Shown here piece by piece: positions 1 through 11,758 of a stretch of DNA of 64,000 bases. Position numbers and translations under genes: made by a program. The notes below the pieces were generated by a model. It did not search any database and had not been told where the DNA came from. It saw only the letters and a list, made by a program, of their open reading frames with translations. The DNA is taken from contig OZ037765.1 in assembly GCA_964035545.1 (NCBI GenBank), positions 8,752,698 to 8,816,697 on the forward strand. The letters run 5' to 3'. Source of the stretch: Bugula neritina. Taxonomy: Eukaryota > Animalia > Bryozoa. Each line of letters opens with the position of its first letter. Position 1 is the stretch's first letter.

Positions 1-3000
1 AGCCTGCCAGGATCCTAATGTCTGTGCATTCATGGTTGAGCCAATCCAGGGAGAGGCCGGAGTGCGAGTGCCGGACGAAGGCTACCTTAGAGGAGTCCGG
101 GAGATCTGTGACAGACACAATGTTCTCTTCATAGCTGACGAGGTGCAGTCAGGACTCCATAGAACTGGCCGGTTAGTTTCTCCTGTCACAAACGAACTAC
201 ATTTGTGTGTCTTTACTTGCTATAGGGTAATTCAGGGGAGGACAACTTCAAATTTCACTAAGATTTCATTTGATATGTAAATATTGTTAAGTTGCCCTTT
301 ATTTCTTTTTTGAAAAATTTTTAACTCCTGCAAAAATGTTTTGTCACAGGCTCCTCTTTTAAATATTAATAAAATTTGATGATTACTTTTGGAGAAAGAA
401 ATTTTCAAGTCAAAACTGTTTTAATTTTTGATGATAAATAAATGGAAAACGAATTATATTAGTAAACTTGTACGAAAGAATTTCTCTATCACAGTCAATT
501 CATTGCAATAATATATATGTATATGTTATATATAAGTTGTTATTTATAAATAATTGTTATTTACTTACACAAACCAATTTGTGGTTCATTTTGCTAAGTT
601 GATAATTTTATGTTTTCTTATATAACTTATGTTATGTATACCAGGAGATTATGTGTAGACCATGAGGATGTACGCCCTGACATTGTGTTACTTGGTAAGG
701 CCTTATCTGGAGGTGTTTACCCGGTAAGTTCATAGTTGTTTTCTTTTGACCATTTCCTTAAGTTTTTCCTGTCGTATTCTGACCATTTTTAAACTTATTG
801 CAGAGTTATCTCCTCTAAGTTGAGTGTGCAGATAAGCTATGTAGCACTTGTTTACAGGTGTCCGCAGTCCTAGCCGATGATGAAGTCATGCTTCAGATAA
901 AGAGAGGAGAGCATGGGTCAACTTATGGAGGCAGCCCTGTAGCCTGTCGGGTTGCTATGGCAGCTCTTGAGGTCTCTGCATGATTTTTCTTGTAACAATG
1001 GCGTTTATGTTAATCTGACTTTGCCACTTTTAAATCATGGCTCTTTTTATTTTCCTGCACATTGTTAGCAATCATTGGCCAGAAGTCATCACTCATCAAC
1101 AAAGTTGAATTCTTAGATAACTATACTGTTTCACCGTGTGAAATGGTAATGTGGTAGATGAAAAACCTTTGCATATATATATATATATATATATCTGTTA
1201 TACATTTTAACTTGTAATTATGGACTTGCACATAGGTAATGGAGGAAGAAAATTTATCTGAAAATAGTGATAAGATGGGTAAATTGCTGAGAAGAGAGTT
1301 GGAAACTTTACCTAAAGACAGAGTTTCTATTGTCCGAGGGAAAGGCCTTATGAATTCTATAGTTATTAACTCAGGTATGTTGCAATTGAGAAAATCTAAT
1401 ATGAAAGAATTATCACAAATCTTTTTTTATGCTTGTTAAGTGATGAAATGGCCAATATTGTTGTTGATATATTGTTCAATTAACGCTACTGCACACATAC
1501 AGCAACAGATATTAGTATGTTTACAATTTCCACATGGCTGAAGCAGCCATTACTTCTAAAGTTTTAAAAATATAAAGCTGGGAATATTCATCAAGCCATA
1601 AGTAGATTGCTCAATAACAGAGTTTAATAACACGGTTAGCAAAGTCATTATCACACCAGTTTCTCATGCATTACAGCCATACAGCTAACCAACTGCACTA
1701 ACAGGTTCAATAAGTCAAATACTTCTAAAACCTTAGACTAGAAGTTTCCAGCATGTTTATATATATATATGAAATAATCTGTAACAAAGTTTAAGAAGTA
1801 TGAAAAAAATGTATCTTATAGACTATAAGCTGCATACATCCGTACATTTGTTTAAAGGTCAATATTTGCAACTGCATAAACTTTAGTTTTAAGTTTTAAA
1901 CACTCCAAGCAAAACTAAAATGCTAAAAATACCTTTAGAAAAAAGTGTTATAATAAATTATTAGCTATTGTTGTACATGTGATTATAGCAGTACTACTGT
2001 CTGAGTTGGTTTCTCTGTCTCATTGAATTGAATAATTATCATCAGGTTCCAAAAAAGAAGCTTATGTGTTCTAATGATATTTCTTTTATTTGTAATGCAA
2101 GAATACGATAACAGAAATAATGTATGCTTCAAACTCACTCAAGTTAATCACAAGTTAAAAAATCGAAACGCTTGTACTATTCCAGGTGTTACTACTAATA
2201 TACTTGTCATTGCTTGGTCTGCTAAGGTCCAAAGTCTATTTTTTCAAGGAATCCATTGCTAACATTTTTCAACAAAATGAAAGGAAGATGTTTTTATTTT
2301 AGTTAGAGAGTTTAAAATAGGAAAATTGTGCTCTACTAAATATGTTTAAAAGTTCTTGGCGTGTTTATATCGTTTACTAATATTAAGTGGTTAGGCTTGG
2401 TACATTTAAATAAATGGGAGTTGTATGATCATCTTTCTTATATGAAACCCCTGATTTTATTTATTCCATGAAGTATGTTTACCACAAAACTATCACTTCT
2501 GTGTATCTTCTATCTATCAATAACTTCACTCTGCTGTTTAGGTAGCTTGTATTATCCAATTTTTTAAACCAACTATGGAGAAATTTCATGAGCATTGATG
2601 GCTTAAAGATATATTGGAAATTACCAAAATTGTATTCAAAAAATTGAGTAGCAATTTATGACACAACTAATTTTGCATTTGCTCTTAATTATATACAAAA
2701 CAAATTACTCGAAACAACAAAAAGTAACTTTGCATCTTTAGCTCTTAAACTTCTTAAACATATAGGCTACTGGTTTTTTCCTAATTTTTTTTGGCACTTC
2801 ATAGTAATACCGAATGAAGTCATATTAGGTAGATTATTGAAACATGGCTGCGAATTTAGACAGAAATGAACATTATGTAAGGAAGAGATGTGATTTGAAT
2901 GTAAATGAGCTTTGAAAACAAAACAGTTTCCTTATTTACAATTACGGCTTCATATTTCTACACTCATGGATTACCTCTACTATAAGATCACAATACCCAT

Positions 3001-4869
3001 GGTACATGTGTTGGCAATATTAAATTTGTAGGTTTTTTAGAAGTTTCATGCGTGTCAGTGTTAATTATTCCCTTAGTTTCGCGATATACAGAATGTGATG
3101 AGCAATGGATGTCAGTTCCTTGATAGCTTAGTGTAGCTTCTGGTTTGCTAGAGAATATCTCATCTAGGCAAGCCTGTAGTAACACACATGCCCATATGTG
3201 CTCCGTGTGTGTACATTATACCTGCACATGTCTATGGAAACCATATAGCTGCAACATGTGTCACTTATGAGTTTGAGTAACGTACTTTGTGCGTGATCTT
3301 TTAGACTCTCCCGTGTTTTATTGAATTCTTCTTAGAAAATATTTAGCATAGCTGATTTTGCTTTAAAACTAAGGAAAATGCCCCTTGAGAATTTAGAAAA
3401 TTTCTCAGTCTGCGGCATTTTCTTAAAGCTATAAAAATACTGCACTAATATGGCATAAGCTACGGCAATCTACCTTTGCATATTGTGCAGTACTTGTCCC
3501 AAATTCTACATCAAAGTCTTATTCTTATTATAACAAGAGATTGTACTAAGATATAGTAACGGCTAGCAGACAGCTTGTCTACATATTACTGAATATCTAC
3601 CTGAGCTTTTATGCTATGCATGAAATCATAAACAAAACAATAATGTTGATTAACTTTTAGAAGTCGATTTATGGCGGAAATAAACATTTTCTTTTTACTT
3701 GAATTTATTTGCCACAAGGCGCATCACTTACTTAACTTATGATGTTGCCCAATCTCATTTGCTGATAATAAATAATTGTTATTTCTTTATCCCAAAAATC
3801 TATAATTTTCAAATTTAAAATATTTATTATAGTAGAATTATAAAAAATTCTGCATATAAAAATTATATAATTTTATAAGGCCAAAATTCTCTTTTGCAAT
3901 GGTATGCATATTGGAAATGTCTATTGCAACATATTCCACTATCGGTTTATATTCATATAATCTACTGATGAAGGAGGATTAATTGAAAAACCAAAGCTTT
4001 TGTTTGACTTGGCTGTTTATTTTTTCTACAGTTAATAAATTATCAAAAACTCTTTTAATTTCCCTTTGCACTCACTTCTTGCATTCTTTATTAATTTTAT
4101 TTATATATACTTCAAACATGCGTTATTGAGAAGTTTATTGTCATTGTTTCAAAATTTCTAATCTGAACAAATGATTTCAATGTAGGAAGTTTTTTTCTAT
4201 CTAATAAGATTTTCAGCATAATATGTGTTACTTGTTTGCATTTGCCTAACATTTCCAAGTCATTCATTAGCATGTAACCCTCTCACCTGATCAATGAGTA
4301 GTCACAGTTATTATATAATTCAGGTTGTATTTCTTGCAGACCTAAAGATGCTGTTCACTTTGCTGCATGGTCCCTAATTATTCTAAGACTCTTTAATTTA
4401 CCAATTCATTTGGATATCATAACCTTGTATACTAAACTATGTATACTCATATTAAATATATCTTTATATTTTCAGCTATTAATTATAATAATGATATATT
4501 CAAGAATTACTAATTAACAAATTAACTCATCTGCTGGTGTTATTGAGTTTAGTTTTAACATGATAATTATCAAATGTAATTGTCCATTGCTTGTTTGTTA
4601 CTAACTTGCTGACTTGTCCACTCAGCTAATTCTCAAGCATTTCTACTTGAAACTTGTTTTAATTTTGAAATTGTGAAACTGTAAGAGATTGTTTCTGGAT
4701 AATTCTAGACTTTGATGCATGGAAGGTGTGTCTGAAGCTGCGAGATAACGGTCTACTAGCAAAGCCTACTCATGGGGACATCATTAGATTTACCCCACCT
4801 CTGGTGATCACTGAAGCTGAAGTCATGGACTGTGTGGACATTATTAAAAAGACCATCTCTGAATTATAA
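1..4869 (+). CDS. OAT: Ornithine aminotransferase, 3' part (5' end lies outside the window). Exons <1-171, 645-723, 858-971, 1236-1374, 4709-4869
   Basis: Spliced translation gives [13 protein letters not shown]...[11 protein letters not shown], the PLP-lysine motif [35 protein letters not shown] and [19 protein letters not shown], then TAA at 4867-4869. All junctions are GT-AG with compatible phases. Confidence 0.96.
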
Positions 4870-5080
4870 AAACTGTGGATTTTTTGCAGTGAAAACACTG
4901 TAGAATGGTGTTTGCTATAAAGCAAGCTCATGGATTGCATACTTAAACTTATTGCTATAATGGCTTGAAACTTAACTTTTTGGTGATAGTTATCTAAATT
5001 TGTATGTTTTCTATTAATAATCAGACATGTAATTCTAGACAGAACGAATCTCAGTTGTACGATTTGTGCGAAGTATCAGC

Positions 5081-5086
5081 AATAAA
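5081..5086 (+). promoter_or_regulatory. Probable polyadenylation signal of OAT
   Basis: AATAAA ~210 nt after the OAT stop codon. Confidence 0.45.
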
Positions 5087-6482
5087 ACTACTATATTTAT
5101 CTTTACACACACCTCAATTTTTCCCGAAGCATTGAAATCAGCTGACTCAATGTTGCATTTTCTTCAAATTATTTTGTTGATGAATTATTTGCTATTGAAC
5201 CTAATTACTGCACCTTTAAAGATACAAATATGTAGTAGTATATTGCATAATACTTGAAAAATGTGTGCACACTTGTGGTGAAAATTCAAATTCTAAAAGA
5301 AGCTTTGCTCAAAGTTAAACTATTCTGGCAAACTTATGATGTTTTGTTGAAGATGATTAAATGGCGCCAACGTTTGCTTTACATTGTTTCACCGCTTGTA
5401 TTATATACTATGTAGTTTTCTTTAAGTAATAATGCCAACACCTTAATCATTGCATAACTCATCTACCGAATTATAGCTATATATTTCATCAAATTAAAAC
5501 CAATCTTGCCATCATATCTACTGATATTTCGAATTACAATGACCTTGCAATTACTGTGTAAAAGGGCTTTCAATGTATATTTATACAACAGCTAACTTTA
5601 TTCAACATTTCAAATAATATAACCATTACAGGAGTACAAGGTCTAACATTTATATGTAAAGTTGACAAGTTCATCAAATGTGTCACAAATTCACCACTTT
5701 AAAGGGAATGACCTAAATTTAGTTTGACAATCTTGATACATTTGGGTCTTTTTTTATTGGTGAAAATAAGACAAGCTTGATGCATGTTATTGAGAAAAAA
5801 TTGATACTTGTCAATATATTCTAATCGATTGGGTATGTTTTCAACACCTTATAATAATGTGTCTATATATCTAGCATTTTTATAATGTTCCTTGTTTTTG
5901 TACATTAATTTTGTAAATTGAGCCAATAACATGCTTTGAGTGCATTTGGAACTAAAAAACCATCATTTATAACTCTACCACACAGCACATTCAATACAAA
6001 GAAAAATGGCACAAATAATTTGACCAAGCATAGGTATGTAAGTACTAAAATATATATCAACAATCTTTTGGCAAAATAAATATACGGTACAACAAGATTA
6101 TTCATTTATAAAACAAGAAATTGCACTTAGAGTAACCTAGTTAACTGAAACAAATATAAATAATAGTATAATATATGCAGATGTTGTGCCAGCAATTACA
6201 TATGTATCACAACACTGTTCGCCTCATAGGCTAGTACAGCGTTACCAGTTGTACCCAAATAAGCTACAGGTGACACTATTAACAAAGAACAACAACTAAC
6301 AAAGATCGAATTATCTTTAAAAAAATTCATGAGATCTAACTACAACTCACCAACATGTGCAATAGAAGGTCTTATTTTTACTATATTATCAAGATGAGTC
6401 ACCTATGCTTAAGTCGCCAACAGCTACACTGTCTATACATTGATAAATGAATGTATTGACTCTTAAGTAGCTTAAAATTAGA

Positions 6483-9400
6483 TTAATTAGGAGATGCTCT
6501 GGGTGGTGTAGAAGAAGCATTAGATTCTGGTCTATGGGGAAGTTCGTGAACTTTCATATGTCTGTTGAGATTGCCAGATTGACTGAAACTCATGGAACAC
6601 ATATTGCACTGATAAGGTTTTTCTCCGCTATGAACTCGTAAGTGCTTAGTTAGCGTGGATGAGTCACTGAAACCTTTTCTACAGACTGGGCATTTATAAG
6701 GACGATCACCTGAGTGGGTTCTCATGTGCGTTGTAACACTGCTGCTTTGAGAAAACATCTTATGACATATTGAACACGCAAACGGCTTTTCTCCGCTATG
6801 AACTCTAAGGTGGGCGGTCAAGTTTGCTGCCTGGCTAAACGATTTGTTACAGACTTTACATCTGAAGGGCCGTTCGCCAGAATGAATTCTCATATGCGTC
6901 TTCAAGGTGCTAGGTCTAGCATAGTTTTTCCCACACAGAGGACAAATGTTTTTAGACACCGGAGATTGAGAATTTTCCTCTTTATTTGACGCTGAAAGAT
7001 GATACCACGGAGTTGGATTTTCATTTAAAGTTAGTAAGTAATTTGATTGGTTCTGATGATTTCGAATAAACATGTCCGTGAATTTACTGTTGGTTGCAGC
7101 AGCTGGAAGCATTTGCTCATGGTTGACATGAGATGTGAATTGCTGGTGTGATAGTCTTTGCTGTAGTTGATGATTTGCAGTCTGTGTGTGAATGTTATGT
7201 TGCCATTGCAGGACGGCACTAGATGTAGCACAGTTAGAATGGCTGGCTCCATTCGACAAATGAGAATGGTGGTAATAAGGAGGCTGTTTAACTGGTTGGT
7301 TATATTCATGAAGCTGTAAACTAGAGTGACAGTTCATGTTGTTTTGTCCTGATTGTGGAATAGAGTGATATTGCTTGCTTGAGTCCACATGAGGAAAGTG
7401 ATGCATTGGGAATGTTGGCGTTGGGGAGGCATAATATTTATTATGCCACAAATCATCTATTTCCGAAGAGAAATCACTAAAAATAAAAGTAACACAAATT
7501 AACATAGAACATATACTTATAACAATAGCAATACAAACTATGATGGTCTTTAAATGGCAACATTTGCATTTGGGTTAATCATATTTTGGCATTTATGGTC
7601 AAAATTCCAAAAAAAGGTTGTACTACAATAATTTATTAACAATTTTCATAATCTTTGTATAGTATGCTACCACAATCATATTTTATTGTATAATATAGTG
7701 TTTTGCCATGAAATATGAAATCTGAAACAATTTTTTTAACTCTCTGCCGCTAAATGAGACAATTGATTGATTTAATAATAAATTAAGCAAAGGGGTACTA
7801 ACTTTATTAACCTAGTGGAGCAGGTTAACTACAAAAATTGAAACTTTGGCTGAATTCCACATATGTACTAGGCCACATACACATCAATACTTATTTGTGT
7901 TTGAATAATGCTTGTAGTTTGTAATATGCTGTTGCCTCAGTTATAAAAGTTGTACAATGCTTCAACATGGCTTAAAACTTGACAGCAAATACGCACTTTA
8001 CAAAATTATATTTGTGGAATAATAAGTTAGAGAACATCCAAATCTGCTTATTTCAACAATATTTTTAGCTCTTTTATGATTATGATTATTTTGAAATATT
8101 TAAAATAATTTTACTATATAACGTTTATAATATACCTGTCATTAGTCATATGTCATTAGTTACAGCAACTTACTTAGTTTATTCTTTGTTAAAATTACAG
8201 CTTTAATATTTTGCATGGACAAGAGACAAATATAGCACAATTATATACATTTTTAGTTGATATTAATGCTACAGTAACATTATTTATAAACCTTTTTAAA
8301 GTCAAGATGGAAAATTGCGAATCTACTTGAAAATGTTTAGTATTACAACCATTTCAGATTTATTTTTTGACATATTCATACTTATTTACTTTACTGGAAA
8401 TATATATTTAAATCAGCCTAATTTCCCTAGCATTAAATACGCCTGATTAATATAATATGTCTTCATTATCATTTTATCTTAGAATCACATGCAATATTGA
8501 AAATCTGCAAATAATATTTCAAATTTCTGCAATTCAAAAACTAAATCTATATAAAATTGCCAAAAAACAGTCTAACTTTATTTTTAACAGTCTGCAACAA
8601 CAAAAAATTATAATCCTTTAACATTTCACAAGACAAGTAGAATCTTACCAACTTGGAGCAACAGCTTTCATTTCAATGACAGAAAATAGGAACAAAACTT
8701 CCTGAATCAATTTACAAATTACCTTATAGAAGTTCTGTGACACTGGTGATAACATGGACAGAATGCAACAAAGTAGTGATAACCTGTAGCTCATCTTAGC
8801 ACATATATTATAATTATTTCTTTTGATGGCAATGCCTAAACTGTAATCTTCTCCAATCAATGCTGTACTTATGGGCCATTGAAGATTATGTACCTTTTAT
8901 ACAATAGCAGAACTTGCAATTTATGTCAATTCGTTAACACCTGAATTGATGAAACAAATTAAAACTGCATTTTGAATTGTGTTAAAGTGAAGCAGAGGTG
9001 TAACATAAAATATTATTCTTGTATCGAATATATTTTGACAATATCCAAGTGCATTGCAGTGCTAATAATGCATTTTACATGCATATGGTTTGAATAATGC
9101 CAAAATTATCTATTCCAATAAATTATCGCAAAGAAAATAATTTCATACCAGCATGATAATAAATTATATGACTATTAATGTATGGTTTACTAATATCGTT
9201 ATTTATCTACTTGTTACTGATTTTAGTGATAAATCACTAAGAAGATGGGCAACAAAAACAATTAATAACGGGTAAAGCCAATGACAGTGACTGTACTTAC
9301 TTTTATGCCAATTTAATAACCATTTTCACAGGCCATTTTATTCTGTGAGGTTTATTAATTTTGCTAATCCTGATTCAATTAATTAATAATGTACATTAGT

Positions 9401-11095
9401 ATTTGGTGTTGCCAAAAATGCAAAAATTATATCTGATTTTTATATTTGCATCCTCATAGGCCCACATACATGGGGTTAAAATTTGCACAAATGAGAAATA
9501 ATTATAATCATATAAGTGCAATCAAACTTCATGGGTTTAAACAAAAGGATCTAGATTTTGAAAAGTCTTATATATTGACTTTTGTGCATGTTTATGCCAT
9601 GACCTTCAGCATTGTTCAAAATTTAGATGAGTTTTGTAGCTACAGCTTTAAAATTGATCAGAGATAGAACACATTGAAACTTTAAATAAATTGTTTCACC
9701 CAATCTAAATTTTTCACGTATTTTTAAAATATACACAATCTAAGATAACATCGACATATATGCAACAGTAACTATAATGCTACACACATGAGTTACACAA
9801 GTATATTATTTAATACAGTGTGCTTATAACATAGTTTACTTTTTCTTAAATCAAATATGAAGCACAGATGAATAATTTGGTTCTTGAAATAGGCACATAA
9901 TATTTCAGACTCCGTTTAAGCCTTGAGTGCTTAATAAGGTACATCATTGACAATACTGAATAGGCTCTGTTATTTAGTAATCTAATGTCACTTTAACCTA
10001 TGTCCACTTATTTTTACATAAACTAGCAAAAAATTAGACCATTTTGCATTATAGACTAAGTTAAATGGTGCTGCAGTATAATGCATGGTAGCAGCAAATT
10101 ATTTGAAACTTGTTTGAAAAATATAAAAACTGCTTTACACCTATTTATGATGGACAAACGTATCATACAAATTCTAAACAATGAGTCTTGTAAATATCTT
10201 TCTAAAAAGCTAATACATTTGATCTCAAAGCACATTTATATGATTAAAAATGCAACATTTAATTCTTAATTTAACCATACTAATAATTTTTTTCATGCAA
10301 CACTAAACCTCCTTGTACAATTTTTTTATGGCATTAGAATATATTGATCATCATCCTCAGTTATCATGCCACTGATTGCTTGACAAACAACAGCTTCTTA
10401 TAAAAATAGGTGCCCATGTTTATGCAAACATTATAGTTAAAGCAATACTACAATTACCACGATAAATTATTAAATGTTTAAATACATTGCTATATACAAG
10501 CTACTATAAAAATAGTATTATATATACATTTAGCACATTCACTGTCAATCAAATAAACAAAAAATTTAAGACTTACCTTGTCTATACTTTTACATGAGTA
10601 TATCACAAACTGATCATCAGTTATATCACAGGCAGAGGCAAACTAAGTTATACATTTATTGTTACATTACTAAGAATATACATCAGAATGGCTTCAAGAC
10701 CGATCTGTATTTCTTATTTATCTTTATTCAATCTTAAGAATTGATACTTTAATAATCCTGTAATACTATGCAACAGCCAACTAAAAATGCTTACCGTTCT
10801 TATCATATTCTACGTGATTTGTGCGATATATACAATCACCATAGGCGCAAGTGTCAATCACACAACGCATTGATACATGGCATAATCTACCAGTTTCAAC
10901 ACTCGATATAATTATTTTGCATAGTATATTATATATGCATGATGCTACCAAAACCAACCTCTTTTTATTCGGAGTCTTCAAATCGTTCATAAGCTTTTGT
11001 CTGTAGTAACAGTTTGCTGCTGCTGCTGCCGCCGCAGGATTGTGTGTTTGATGGAATGCCTGCATCCCTGTAGCTGCTGACTCATGAACCAACAT
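6483..11095 (-). CDS. gl: Glass, five-finger C2H2 transcription factor (photoreceptor differentiation). Main exon 7476-6483; probable first coding exon 11095-10959
   Basis: The fingers [44 protein letters not shown] and [10 protein letters not shown] are the diagnostic Glass recognition helices. The acceptor at 7477/7476 is phase 2 and matches the phase-2 donor AG|GTTGGT at 10959. The N-terminal exon choice is less certain than the finger exon. Confidence 0.92.
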
Positions 11096-11639
11096 ATCAT
11101 GCTGAAAGGTGGATGCCGAAAAAGTGTGATGATAAAAAGTCAGACTGCTGTGAGAGCTTGAATTCTGCCATATTTTACTTTTGATGGCGATCGAAACAAA
11201 CTTGTCTATCAAAACGATTTCAGTCAACTAAATCCCATAATTTCAATTAGTTGACTGTTGAGCCAAACTAATATTTTTAGCATAAATAATTATTAGGTTC
11301 ACACATTTACATTGAGCTTTCCGTTACTTAGCAACAAGCAATGTAGGATCATTTGAGTTCTGAGATAATTATTCCTACGTTAGGTATTTTTGGGACAATC
11401 TATGTTAATTCAAAATAATTGATATGCTGTTTAAAAACACTGACTTTCATAAGGTGTCTTTAATGACTATAATTATTTCAAATCAATTATTAACCACTTA
11501 AGAGAATAAGGGTTACCATATTTTAGTTTATTATTTATAATATTATCTACCATATATACAATGTAGTTATTAGATATCAAATACTCAAGCAATGTTCTTA
11601 TGTCTTATATACATATTTGACACAACTACTTGTCATTTG

Positions 11640-11758
11640 AAAAAAACATACTAAAATATAGCAATAAACTTAATAATAACTTTGATTAGTGTTATTTAAA
11701 GTGAAAGAACTTATAACTTATAACAATAACAACTTATAACAACTTATAACAAACTTAC
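11640..11758. repeat. Short (ACTTATAACA)-like periodic tract directly after a probable glass 5'-UTR donor
   Basis: Repeated acttataac/aacttataac units, adjacent to the minus-strand donor CA|GTAAGT at 11759/11758. Confidence 0.55.

Noticed and set aside
8649-10886. Degenerate PR/SET domain encoded by the extra glass exons
   Set aside because: The resemblance is faint and the exon phases cannot be chained into one open frame.
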